This document shows positions 40,101 through 50,384 of a DNA stretch of 53,551 nucleotides, one piece after another. A program made the position numbers and the translations under genes. The notes below the pieces were generated by a model. The model saw nothing but the letters and a program-made list of their open reading frames with translations. It made no database searches and was not told the DNA's origin. The DNA comes from a virus (lineage: Duplodnaviria > Heunggongvirae > Uroviricota > Caudoviricetes), in the IMG/VR virus record IMGVR_UViG_2859805564_000008; one strand, written 5' to 3'. Position 1 is the first letter of the stretch. Each line of letters starts with the position of its first letter.

Positions 40101-40709
40101 AAACTCGCAGCCGCTTATCCGTCAGGCGTGATCCCTGATATGCGTGGCTGGACGATTAAGGGCAAACCTGCCAGTGGTCGTGCCGTATTGTCTCAGGAAC
40201 AGGACGGCATTAAATCGCACACCCACAGCGCCAGCGCATCCAGTACGGATTTGGGGACGAAAACCACATCGTCGTTTGATTACGGCACTAAATCCACGAA
40301 TAACACCGGGGCGCATACGCACAGTCTGAGTGGCTCTACGGGGTCTGCCGGTGCTCATACTCATGGTAATGGTATTCGTTGGCCAGGAGGCGGCGGTTCT
40401 GCGTTAGCATTTTATGATGGCGGTGGGTTCACTTATGTCAAGGATTCACAGTATCAAGTAAGCCCGGGGACTTCTTCCAGTAGATCGTATTATCAACGTA
40501 TTCAGACACAGTCAGCAGGTGCTCATACCCACTCGCTGTCTGGTACTGCAGCAAGTTCTGGCGCACATGCACATACTGTAGGTATTGGTGCGCATACGCA
40601 CTCGGTTGCGATTGGCTCACATGGACACACCATCACCGTTAACGCTGCTGGTAACGCGGAAAACACCGTCAAAAACATCGCATTTAACTATATTGTGAGG
40701 CTTGCATAA
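37158..40709 (+). CDS. side tail fiber protein (Stf-like)
   Basis: 1183 aa; Stf-like N-terminus, ~330-aa Ala/Ser/Thr-rich repeat region, C-terminal His-containing repeats (GAHTHSLSG). Confidence 0.8.
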   Translation: MNMAVKISGVLKDGTGKPVQNCTIQLKAKRNSTTVVVNTLASENPDEAGRYSMDVEYGQYSVILLVEGFPPSHAGTITVYEDSRPGTLNDFLGAMTEDDARPEALRRFELMVEEVARNASVVAQNTAAAKKSASDASTSAREAATHATDAAGSARAASTSAGQAASSAQSATSSAGTASTKATEASKSAAAAESSKSAAATSASAAKTSETNAAASQQSAATSASTATTKASEAATSARDAAASKEAAKSSETNASSSASSAASSATAAANSAKAAKTSETNARSSETAAGQSASAAAGSKTAAASSASAASTSAGQASASATAAGKSAESAASSASTATTKAGEATEQASAAARSASAAKTSETNAKASETRAESSKTAAASSASSAASSASSASASKDEASRQASAAKGSATTASTKATEAAGSATAAAQSKSTAESAATRAETAAKRAEDIASAVALEDASTTKKGIVQLSSATNSTSESLAATPKAVKAAYDLANGKYTAQDATTAQKGIIQLSSATNSTSETLAATPKAVKSAYDNAEKRLQKDQNGADIPDKGRFLNNINAVSKTDFADKRGMRYVRVNAPAGATSGKYYPVVVMRSAGSVSELASRVIITTATRTAGDPMNNCEFNGFVMPGGWTDRGRYAYGMFWQYQNNERAIHSIMMSNKGDDLRSVFYVDGAAFPVFAFIEDGLSISAPGADLVVNDTTYKFGATNPATECIAADVILDFKSGRGFYESHSLIVNDNLSCKKLFATDEIVARGGNQIRMIGGEYGALWRNDGAKTYLLLTNQGDVYGGWNTLRPFAIDNATGELVIGTKLSASLNGNALTATKLQTPRLVSGVEFDGSKDITLTAAHVAAFARRATDTYADADGGVPWNAESGAYNVTRSGDSYILVNFYTGVGSCRTLQMKAHYRNGGLFYRSSRDGYGFEEDWAEVYTSKNLPPESYPVGAPIPWPSDTVPSGYALMQGQAFDKSAYPKLAAAYPSGVIPDMRGWTIKGKPASGRAVLSQEQDGIKSHTHSASASSTDLGTKTTSSFDYGTKSTNNTGAHTHSLSGSTGSAGAHTHGNGIRWPGGGGSALAFYDGGGFTYVKDSQYQVSPGTSSSRSYYQRIQTQSAGAHTHSLSGTAASSGAHAHTVGIGAHTHSVAIGSHGHTITVNAAGNAENTVKNIAFNYIVRLA
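37540..38560. repeat. GC-rich low-complexity coding repeat within the tail fiber gene
   Basis: Repeated ...AAKTSETNA.../...SASSAAS... units; produces long spurious ORFs in the other frames and on the opposite strand. Confidence 0.8.
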
Positions 40710-41293
40710 TGGCATTCAGAATGAGTGAACAAGCACGGACCATAAAAATTTATAATCTGCTGGCCGGAACTAATGAATTTATTGGTGAAGGTGATGCATA
40801 TATTCCGCCTCATACAGGTCTGCCAGCAAACAGTACCGATATTGCACCACCAGATATTCCTGCTGGCTTTGTGGCTGTTTTCAACAGTGATGAGGCATCG
40901 TGGCATCTCGTTGAAGACCATCGGGGTAAAACGGTTTATGACGTAGCGTCAGGGGACGAGTTATTTATTTCTGAACTCGGTCCGTTACCGGAAAATGTTA
41001 CCTGGTTATCGCCGGAAGGGGAGTTTCAGAAGTGGAACGGCACAGCCTGGGTGAAAGATGCAGAAGCAGAAAAACTGTTCCGGATCCGGGAGGCGGAAGA
41101 AACAAAAAACAGCCTGATGCAGGTAGCCAGCGAGCATATTGCGCCGCTTCAGGATGCTGCAGATCTGGAAATTGCAACGGAGGAAGAAACCTCATTGCTG
41201 GAAGCCTGGAAAAAGTATCGGGTGTTGCTGAACCGTGTTGATACATCAACTGCACCGGATATTGAGTGGCCAGAAGAACCAGACACCGTGTAA
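40709..41293 (+). CDS. tail fiber assembly protein (Tfa-like)
   Basis: 194 aa, overlaps the stf stop; N-terminus [17 protein letters not shown] typical of Tfa chaperones. Confidence 0.8.
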   Translation: MAFRMSEQARTIKIYNLLAGTNEFIGEGDAYIPPHTGLPANSTDIAPPDIPAGFVAVFNSDEASWHLVEDHRGKTVYDVASGDELFISELGPLPENVTWLSPEGEFQKWNGTAWVKDAEAEKLFRIREAEETKNSLMQVASEHIAPLQDAADLEIATEEETSLLEAWKKYRVLLNRVDTSTAPDIEWPEEPDTV

Positions 41294-41305
41294 GCAAAAA
41301 AGAAA

Positions 41306-41342
41306 AACCGCAGACACGACGTATGCATGACGTGCTGCGGTT
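41306..41342 (-). terminator. terminator between convergent tfa and GIY-YIG genes
   Basis: Hairpin AACCGCAG...CTGCGGTT; on the minus strand it is followed by a U-rich tract. Confidence 0.55.
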
Positions 41343-41362
41343 TATGCTTATCACTTAAAGAC

Positions 41363-42181
<819 letters not shown>

Positions 42182-42542
42182 TCATTGCAAGGGCTCACAA
42201 CCAGTAGTGTTGAGAAAACCATCGGAGAAATGAGGCTAAGCCTTTGAATTTACATAGTACAAAAAAGATACTTTTCCTCATAATGTGAGCTAATTTTATG
42301 TTTCGTTTGATGATTGGACCGGTCTCGAAAACCGTAGACACATAGTATGCGTTAATTTATGAACAAACTACTTGTCTGCTGTTTTTCTGTCATTAGTCGT
42401 ATATAGAATGATTCTCTATGCCTAACAAAGCATCACCAGTGCTAGATTACGTTGTAGTCACTGTTTAAATATCCAGATAAAACATTTCCTTCTGGGTTGA
42501 ATGAGTGATAAAGTTTCACCCATTAGACCCCTTGGAGGAATT

Positions 42543-43976
42543 ATGTCTGAATTTGAAGTGTTGGCACAGCATCTGCTGAAGGAAGCCGAGGCGGAAGAAA
42601 AGTTGCGACAGGAAAATGATAAAAAGCTTATCGAGAAAGTGCTGGAAATCTATGATCAGAAGTATGTGGCTGAATTACTGAGAAAAGTCGGAAAAAATGA
42701 GTGGAGCCGTGAAACCATTAACCGCTGGATTAATGGCAAGTGTTTACCAAAATCGTTGACTTCAGTAGAAGAGTCTCTTCTGCGTAAGATGCTACCAGAA
42801 CCACCTGCAAACCATCCGGAATATGCTTTCCGCTTCATTGACTTATTTGCTGGAATTGGAGGGATACGGAAAGGTTTTGAGGCCATTGGAGGCCAGTGTG
42901 TTTTTACCAGTGAATGGAATAAAGATGCTGTGCGTACATACAAGGCCAACTGGTTTAACGATGAACAGGTGCATAAATTCAATCTCGATATTCGGGAAGT
43001 CACGCTGAGTGATAAAACCGATGTATTGGAAACGGATGCTTATGCATATATTGATGAGCATGTGCCGGATCATGATGTGCTTCTTGCGGGGTTCCCGTGC
43101 CAGCCATTTAGCCTTGCTGGTGTTAGTAAGAAAAACTCACTTGGTCGTGCGCATGGTTTTGAATGTGAAGCACAAGGAACACTTTTTTTTGACGTGGCAC
43201 GTATTATACGAGCAAAAAAACCGGCAATTTTTGTGCTGGAAAATGTCAAAAATCTGAAGAGCCATGATAAGGGTAAAACTTTCAAAGTCATTATGGAGAC
43301 CCTTGACGAGCTGGGCTACGAAGTTGCCGATGCTGCAGAAATGGGAAAAAACGATCCAAAGATTATCGATGGGAAGCATTTTTTGCCTCAGCATCGTGAA
43401 CGCATTGTTCTGGTCGGATTTAGACGAGATCTGAATATTCACAAGGGGTTTACCTTGCGTGATATCAGTCGTTTTTATCCGGAACACCGCCCATCATTTG
43501 GTGAATTGCTGGAGCCTGTAGTCGACAGTAAATATATACTTACGCCAAAACTATGGGAGTACCTTTATAACTACGCCAAAAAGCATGCAGCCAAGGGGAA
43601 TGGTTTTGGCTTTGGGTTGGTCAATCCTGAGAATAAGGAAAGCATTGCACGCACACTTTCTGCCAGATATCACAAAGACGGATCAGAAATTCTTATTGAT
43701 CGTGGTTGGGATATGGCAACGGGAGAGGCTGACTTTATGAATGAGAGTAATCAGGCTCGTCGACCACGCAGGCTGACTCCCCGAGAGTGCGCACGCCTTA
43801 TGGGATTTGAAAAACCTGGAGGGAAACCATTCCGTATTCCGGTTTCAGATACTCAGTCATATCGGCAGTTCGGTAACTCAGTTGTGGTGCCAGTATTTGA
43901 AGCTGTTGCCAGACTTCTGGAACCCTATATCCTCAAAGCTGTTTCTGCTGATGCTGGTAAGACTGGGCAGCCTTGA
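42543..43976 (+). CDS. ecoRIIM: C5-cytosine DNA methyltransferase, Dcm/M.EcoRII type (CCWGG)
   Basis: [12 protein letters not shown] (motif I), GFPCQPFS (motif IV), ENV, QFGNSV; close to M.EcoRII/Dcm throughout; GGAGG RBS before MSEFEV; track ORF starts at 42501. Confidence 0.95.
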   Translation: MSEFEVLAQHLLKEAEAEEKLRQENDKKLIEKVLEIYDQKYVAELLRKVGKNEWSRETINRWINGKCLPKSLTSVEESLLRKMLPEPPANHPEYAFRFIDLFAGIGGIRKGFEAIGGQCVFTSEWNKDAVRTYKANWFNDEQVHKFNLDIREVTLSDKTDVLETDAYAYIDEHVPDHDVLLAGFPCQPFSLAGVSKKNSLGRAHGFECEAQGTLFFDVARIIRAKKPAIFVLENVKNLKSHDKGKTFKVIMETLDELGYEVADAAEMGKNDPKIIDGKHFLPQHRERIVLVGFRRDLNIHKGFTLRDISRFYPEHRPSFGELLEPVVDSKYILTPKLWEYLYNYAKKHAAKGNGFGFGLVNPENKESIARTLSARYHKDGSEILIDRGWDMATGEADFMNESNQARRPRRLTPRECARLMGFEKPGGKPFRIPVSDTQSYRQFGNSVVVPVFEAVARLLEPYILKAVSADAGKTGQP

Positions 43977-44010
43977 GAACATCTCCCGGCCTTTTAAGCC
44001 GGGAGTCAGC

Positions 44011-45225
44011 CTATGATAGTTCAGCGTAAAGCTCTATCAGCTCAGTAATGAATGCTCCGAGCGTTATTAATTCTTCTCTAACTGCTTCTGGGTATTTTTT
44101 ATGTAAAGTTGATGGTACAACGAGTCTGACACCCGCATCTTTCATTTCTCGGTATTGTGCTGAAGAAACACCTTCTTGCAGTGTAAATAAATGTACCTGA
44201 TGGATTTTATCTGCTTCATTCAGTATCTGACGCCAGCGATCTTTGCAGGTGGTCTTTACTGCCAGCATACGTAAGTTTTCTACAGGAAATTCAACGTTAT
44301 GATATGCCTCTGCTGAAGGAAACAGGAAATCTGGTTTTTTATTACCTTCAGTTACTGCCTGAGTGGAGAAATGCCGTAGTCCGTGCTCGATAAAAAGCTT
44401 CTCTAGGTGAAGTTCAAGTGATTTGCCTGCCCTTGATTTACGTCGATTACTGACAGAGTTGGCTAATGCAATAAACTCATCTACAGAATCGAATCCTTTC
44501 TTAATAATATCAAGAACATGTAATTCCTCGACGAGTAGAAAAATATCATACTCGACACGCCGACGGTCAATCAGTTGCTCATCTGGATCCTTGGAGTTTT
44601 TAGCATAATGGCCAGCAGCATATTGAATAATTTCGTTTCCAGAAGGAAAACGCTTCTTCCAGTCTTCAGGAATAACATATTTATGATTTACTGGAGTTTG
44701 CTGAAGAGACAATCCGCCCAAAATTTGTCCGGCAGGGCCGGAAATTAGGGTTCCAGGTATGATTTCGCCAATAGCAGACTCGATGATATCCTCTTCATCG
44801 GGATTGACGCAGACCCATATATCTACCTCGGAACAGTCAGTGTTCTGTTCGTTTAACCTGAAAGCAAGAATTGTGAGGGCTCCTGTATTTTCAGGGTTCT
44901 GTAATGGACTTCCTCTCCCCCAGCGCGTAATTCTTTTTTCGTTTCGGGTCTTACCAAAATAACGGTTGTTGTAATAAATTGCGCGTGCTTGGGTATCAGG
45001 GCAATCATGGGATGATACATGCGCAGTAAGGAAGACTGAAGGGTTCAGTTCGCGAGTATGATTGATAGATGGAAAAAGCTTTTCAACGATATTTGAGGGG
45101 ATATAAAGTCCGACCTGATGGCCACCTGTTGCGCCTGTGTCGTTTGCAGAAAGGCGTTTGATGTAGATAAAGTAATTCCCGCTTGCGATATCAAGCAGCC
45201 AGTTATGAAAAACCGACATATACAT
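44011..45225 (-). CDS. ecoRIIR: type IIE restriction endonuclease, EcoRII type
   Basis: 404-aa ORF (MYMSVFHNWLLD...) highly similar to my recollection of R.EcoRII, convergent with the methylase gene; start may be the internal Met at 45219. Confidence 0.9.
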   Translation of the reverse strand: MYMSVFHNWLLDIASGNYFIYIKRLSANDTGATGGHQVGLYIPSNIVEKLFPSINHTRELNPSVFLTAHVSSHDCPDTQARAIYYNNRYFGKTRNEKRITRWGRGSPLQNPENTGALTILAFRLNEQNTDCSEVDIWVCVNPDEEDIIESAIGEIIPGTLISGPAGQILGGLSLQQTPVNHKYVIPEDWKKRFPSGNEIIQYAAGHYAKNSKDPDEQLIDRRRVEYDIFLLVEELHVLDIIKKGFDSVDEFIALANSVSNRRKSRAGKSLELHLEKLFIEHGLRHFSTQAVTEGNKKPDFLFPSAEAYHNVEFPVENLRMLAVKTTCKDRWRQILNEADKIHQVHLFTLQEGVSSAQYREMKDAGVRLVVPSTLHKKYPEAVREELITLGAFITELIELYAELS

Positions 45226-45290
45226 CCCTTTGTTAACATACAGTCAGGGTTAACATTTTTCCATAGTTATAGATAAGCGGCTAGGAACTT

Positions 45291-45326
45291 AAGGGAAAAA
45301 CAAAAAGCCCGCATAAGCGGGCTTTT
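45291..45326 (-). terminator. minus-strand intrinsic terminator upstream of the endonuclease gene
   Basis: AAAGCCCGC-ATAA-GCGGGCTTT hairpin followed on the minus strand by UUUUUGUUUUU. Confidence 0.6.
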
Positions 45327-45453
45327 GTGTCACTCGAGAGCCGCGGCTCCTTTGCGTATCCTTTTTTGTCTCCTCACCGTCTGGTCGGTGTCCTGCTGAG
45401 ACTGCTAACTTCCTGTTTTTGTTGGTGTTGTCCTTACACCGTCCAATCATGAT

Positions 45454-45478
45454 TGGTGGAGCTGGCGGGAGTTGAAAC
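45454..45478 (-). other. tmRNA (ssrA) 3'-end-like fragment
   Basis: Minus strand reads CGGTTTCAACTCCCGCCAGCTCCACCA, one mismatch to the E. coli ssrA 3' terminus as I recall it; no upstream tmRNA body. Confidence 0.45.
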
Positions 45479-45818
45479 CGTAGCCACGTCGTATGCAAGA
45501 ACGTGCTACGACTGGCTGGTGAACTTCCGATAGTGCGAGTATTGAATGATTTCCAACTGTTATCGATTTTGCGTATTTTTTGCATGAGAGGATTTTTACC
45601 TCCTCCCACCGATCCTCCATGGCTTTACGCCAGTGTCTCTAGGACTGCTATGTGCCAAAAGCAGAACTTGCTTACATTGTGCTATGTTAATTTGTTGGGA
45701 GCAGGTCACAAAGTCCAGCCAGGACGAAAATAAATAATTGCCATACATTTAGTGTTGATTATTTCGGGATTGTTCATCTATTCTGATTGTATCAGCGAGC
45801 AGGCCGGAGTCACTCTTC

Positions 45819-46043
45819 GTGGATCATCCCATACTTCAGAAAACAATCGTTCTCTTTATTCTTGCCCTATGGGTAATTGATCCATTCAGGACAAAGAGAA
45901 GAAAGCATACTGAATCCACCATTGAAGAAGCCGATGCCAGAGAACGTCATAAATGGCGATATCTCAGATGGGGAGTACGAACAATACAAATTGCAGCGAC
46001 AGTATATATGTTTGCTATGCTGATTCAGTTTTTACTGAAGTAG
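45819..46043 (+). CDS. small hypothetical membrane protein
   Basis: 74-aa ORF with two hydrophobic segments flanking a basic loop. Confidence 0.25.
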   Translation: MDHPILQKTIVLFILALWVIDPFRTKRRKHTESTIEEADARERHKWRYLRWGVRTIQIAATVYMFAMLIQFLLK

Positions 46044-46888
46044 ACGGCTCAGGCAGGTACGACCGGACGGAATTGGCAGCCAATTCAGCGGAGGCCGGAC
46101 GGGGTTAAACGTCCCCTCTGTGCCAGTGACCTGCTCCCCGTTGATTCACACGGAAGGCTGTTAGAAATGTGCAATTTTTGCTCACAGCAGACTGTAAGAG
46201 TTGATTGTGTGTTGCACTGTGAGATCAAATCAAAACCAATATATTCAGGCATCTTCCCACAGCGCCCCCATTCAACAGGCAATTGCTCCTTATCAAATCC
46301 CTCAAACCAGTAAACACTACTTTTTGCCCAACAATAGGCACTTCTCCCCAACCCTAATGAAACAATGCGCGACTCCAGTCCGGCTTGAGACGACCATGCC
46401 GTTTAAGGCGCACACCATTACAAGCAGTTGCTCATATTGAGGGAAAGTTAATAAAGAAACTTAACGGCATTTCCTCTTTTGCGCACGTTTCAATTGCCTT
46501 GATATCCAGTCTTGGTTACGTTTGCGAATTTTTTGTTTCATTGGCTACTGTTCTGATTCGACTCACTTATTAATCAATGATCTTACTGTATTCCAACGCC
46601 ATGCTTTGTACAGGAATGTCCGCTTTTCGCTCATAACAGACATTAACTACAGTTATGGTAGAAGGTATGCATGCTGGGTGGGGAAAGTATGAAGGAAAAG
46701 AAGACTGCTGCGCCGTTTGTCGTCACATTTATCTTCATTGGCTATGCAAGTCGTAATACAAGGTGGGACAAAACTGAGACACATAAGGCCTCGCAATGAC
46801 TTGCAAGGCTTTACATGTTTTGATGTGGTGGGACGTGTGAGCGCAGTGTTGATGGGGTAATGCTTTGAATTAGAAGCGGATTCTTATA

Positions 46889-46938
46889 ATTCGTAATGCG
46901 AAGGTCGTAGGTTCGACTCCTATTATCGGCACCATTAA
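46889..46938. repeat. attR core (50-bp direct repeat of the thrW 3' half)
   Basis: Identical to 1399-1448; not preceded by the tRNA 5' half. Confidence 0.85.
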
Positions 46939-47539
46939 GAAAATTAATAACTTAGCTTAACTTCTCTAAGAAATTGTATCTTCTGTTATCACTTACAAAC
47001 GCCTATACGTTGTTATGGGCTTTGGTAGTGTAACACGTATGGGCGAGTAGTTCCCAGGCTCAACCTCGTAACAAGTTCCTTTGAAGCTGGAAGACGTGCC
47101 ACCGTCTCTAAACCTTCTACCAAAACTCTTAGCAAGATGTTCCACACCTGGCGCGGTGTCCAATGATGCTACACGTCGTGAGACGTTGCAGAGGATAAAC
47201 AGGCTAAATGATGGGAAGAGTTTTAAGTGCAATAGTGGATTAAAGCCCACCTCTTCAAAACCTAACTTGATCGGGAAAGAATCAAGCTCTAGCACGGTTT
47301 CGTCCACCGGAGTACAACGGGTGCCTGATAAGAGAAGAACTGCTAAGACTTCATAGCTTTTGTGAAAAAGCCCTTTTTAGTGGATACGCCTACGGCGCTT
47401 ATTTTTTGGTATAACCATCAAAGGCGCTTTATGGCTCCTATTGTCTTGAAAATGTATCTTTACTTGTATTGTGTTTTATGCGTAGTCTCCCTGTGTAGTA
47501 TGTAACTTGTTAATTTTCATATGAATACAGAGGCACACG

Positions 47540-47698
47540 ATGAAAAACATTGCAGCAATCAAACGTAATAACCGCAAGATTCACGCTCGTAAGTTCCTGT
47601 CTACGCCAGAAGGAAAAGCCTGGCTAGAGCGTAAACAGAGAGAGAACGAAGAAAGAAAACTCCTTAGTGAGTTGAAATGGCTTAGAGAGGATTTCTGA
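47540..47698 (+). CDS. small basic hypothetical protein (52 aa)
   Basis: ATG preceded by GAGG; MKNIAAIKRNNRKIHARKFLSTPEGKAWLERKQRENEERKLLSELKWLREDF; below the ORF-track length cut-off. Confidence 0.3.
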   Translation: MKNIAAIKRNNRKIHARKFLSTPEGKAWLERKQRENEERKLLSELKWLREDF

Positions 47699-48689
47699 AA
47701 ATCTCCAGAACGCAACAGGACGCATTCTAACGCTGTTTTCATTACTCGGTATAGGGATAGGTGATGTGTGTTTAATGCGTCTGTGCGCTTGTTTTGTGCC
47801 TTATTTTGCATTTTCATAATGCGGAAGAGAACACGGAAAACCTTAAAATTAATTATTGGGGTATTTAAGGCTATTTTCAGGTGATTTAAGGGTATTAAAC
47901 TTGATTTAATTGATTAAAATATAAACAGATAATTATGTATCTTATTGATTTATAAGGTTATTTTTAAGTAAAGGTAAATAAAAAATAAATAGCCATAAAT
48001 AGCTATAAATACATCTTAATACCTATATCCCTTCCCTTATGGCTAGATTGCGAGAGGTGCTTAACGCGATTTTCAGCGCCCCCCGATCTGGAAAATCCAG
48101 AATCCCCAAATATCAGCAAGGAATTTTCTTGCGTAATCAACATCGTTTTTACCTATTAAATCATTACACAGAAAGCCTTTCTGTAATGTCTCTCACTAAA
48201 CTTTCACTAAACACGAGAATGATCGGTTTTATGTCGGATCAGATGCTAGAAACAGCACCACGTCTCACAAGGGCTGTAAGCGATGAAACCAGTGTTTATG
48301 CGGGTGCAGGTCAAAATATAGGCCAAAATCCATTTAACATAATAAATGTTATATGTGCTAAGGAACACATATAACGCCTTGAATTGATGTATCAGTGGAA
48401 AAGTGATGGATTTTTTACGTAGGAGCACGAAAGGGCTTCTATTGACTTTTGTGTGCTATGAAATATAATTAAAGTTTTTTGTTTTTATTGTGTGATGTGG
48501 TGGGTTACACAGGGGAATAGATTAAATGGTGTTCTGTTTATACAGGTTTATTTGTTAGATCAACAATTTGGCATTTCTAAACAGATGTTTGAACGTTGCC
48601 AAATGTCTTGACAACACAAGAAAAGGGCTTGCTATGCCAGGCATTATGAGGTGTACTGGCAATAGCGGACACTACCATTTGTTCTTTTT

Positions 48690-49508
48690 TTAAGCAGCCA
48701 TCTGATGATATTTTTCCCTGAAGGCTGCCGGGGAGATATTCCCCAGACGAGAGTGACGACGCTGACGATTGTAGAAAATCTCAATGTATTCCCGTATTAC
48801 TGAGATGGCTTCATCCCGGTTATTAAAACGATAGTGGCTCAGGCTCTCATTTTTCAGCGTTCCCCAGAAGCTTTCCATCGGAGCGTTGTCGTAACAGTTA
48901 CCTTTACGCGACATTGATGTTTTCAGACCAGACTGCTCCTGTATGACCCGGTAATCGTATGCGCAGTACTGTGAACCTCGATCAGAGTGGTGGATTAGCC
49001 CGGCAGGTGGGCGCTGGCTCCTGAGCGCCATAAACAGGGCTTTACCTGTCAGCTCTTTTGTCATGCGCTCTCCCATGGCGTAGCCGACAATTTCGCACGT
49101 ATAAACATCTTTGATGCCAGCGAGGTACAACCATCCCTCCTGTGTGGCAACATACGTCAGGTCCGCCACCCAGACCTGATTTGGTGCTGTAGGAGCGAAC
49201 GTCTGGTTCAGCAGATTTGGCGCAACTGGCAGATTGTGGTTCGAGTTCGTAGTCGCTCTGAACTTGCGTTTCTGCTTACAGCGTAGCCTTAGCTCCTTAC
49301 GAAGACGTGCCAGTCGGTCACGACCAACAATGATGCCATTCTCTGCCAGCTCCGTCTGGAGCCGCCGGGTTCCATATGTTTCGCGAGTGCGGATATGTGC
49401 CACCTTAATCTCCAGTTTTAGCCGCTCATCACTTTGTTTTCTGTCTGAGGGTTCATGCTGTACCCAGTTGTAATAACCGCTCCTGGATACACCAAATACC
49501 TGACACAT
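48690..49508 (-). CDS. IS3-family transposase OrfB (DDE catalytic domain)
   Basis: 272 aa with integrase-core motifs (VWVADLTY...HSDRGSQY...NAPMESF). Confidence 0.85.
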   Translation of the reverse strand: MCQVFGVSRSGYYNWVQHEPSDRKQSDERLKLEIKVAHIRTRETYGTRRLQTELAENGIIVGRDRLARLRKELRLRCKQKRKFRATTNSNHNLPVAPNLLNQTFAPTAPNQVWVADLTYVATQEGWLYLAGIKDVYTCEIVGYAMGERMTKELTGKALFMALRSQRPPAGLIHHSDRGSQYCAYDYRVIQEQSGLKTSMSRKGNCYDNAPMESFWGTLKNESLSHYRFNNRDEAISVIREYIEIFYNRQRRHSRLGNISPAAFREKYHQMAA

Positions 49509-49543
49509 CGCTTCAATGGGAAATTGTTGTCGCCATTGTTCGA

Positions 49544-49846
49544 TTAACGCGTATTTTTCAGCGACTCCTGTGCAAAATACGCTGTTGCTTTTTTTAATAT
49601 ATCTCGCTCAAGGCGAGCTTCATTTAACGCCTTACGCAGTTGCAGAATTTCAGATTCCAGTTCAGCCACCGTGCGGGAACCAGGAGTACCGAGCCCTTTT
49701 CTGGCGGCGGTAACCCATTGTCCTAAAGTGCCTTCAGGAAGAGATAATCGGGAAGCGCCTTCACTGATCGAAAGTTGATTTTCAGGAACCGTTCTGACAG
49801 CTTCGGCTTTGAACTCTTTAGAGTAACGTTGGGTTTTTCTGCTCAT
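49544..49846 (-). CDS. IS3-family transposase OrfA (HTH, leucine zipper)
   Basis: 100 aa with HTH and LxxxxxxL heptads, upstream of OrfB in a different frame. Confidence 0.85.
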   Translation of the reverse strand: MSRKTQRYSKEFKAEAVRTVPENQLSISEGASRLSLPEGTLGQWVTAARKGLGTPGSRTVAELESEILQLRKALNEARLERDILKKATAYFAQESLKNTR

Positions 49847-50384
49847 TATTAGCTCCTTCTGATGCCATTCTATTTCAGGAAGGAGTGTCCGTTAAACTCA
49901 GGCTACCTCATTACACGAAATAAGGCTATAAAAACAAAATAAATTTTAAAATTTGCACAAACGAGAAACTCGTTCAGAAACAAACAGAACAATTTTTAGC
50001 CAACAATTTCTGATGGTGCTCTGTAAGCCGCATTACACAAGGCTTTGCGAAAGTGATGTAAAAGTGAAGAAAGTAAGAATTGAACTTTTAAGCTACTTTT
50101 CATTGGATTTTTTAGTAGGGAATTACACAGGGAATAGAGAGCATTATTCTATGATTTACACAGGGAATATAGGGGGATTATGGCACACACATAGAAAGAC
50201 ATTACACAGAGTGCTATGTGACAAATGGATGTAACGAGAGGTTACATTCATTTATCTGAAATGCTCTCTGTAAGAAAGTTGGTAGTAACGATATATTACA
50301 TAGACTAATTATTGAATGTAACGATATTACACATCGGTAGTAACGATACGTTACATCGGAAGATGATTGGATGTAACGGTAGCT

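Larger units (their letters stand above)
48647..49910 (-). mobile_element. IS3-family insertion sequence (IS600-like, ~1264 bp)
   Basis: Terminal inverted repeats starting TGAGGT at both ends, 3-bp TTA direct duplication on both flanks, orfA/orfB arrangement. Confidence 0.8.

Noticed and set aside
45454-45478. Possibility of a functional tmRNA or tRNA gene here
   Set aside because: Only the 3' terminal ~27 nt resemble ssrA; the T-stem mismatch and lack of any upstream tmRNA body argue for an att-site remnant
45289-45609. 106-aa minus-strand ORF
   Set aside because: Reads straight through a strong intrinsic terminator hairpin and has biased composition; more likely non-coding
46993-47307. 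104-aa minus-strand ORF just outside attR
   Set aside because: No RBS or recognisable domain and overlaps a region with no coding periodicity by eye; kept only as a possibility
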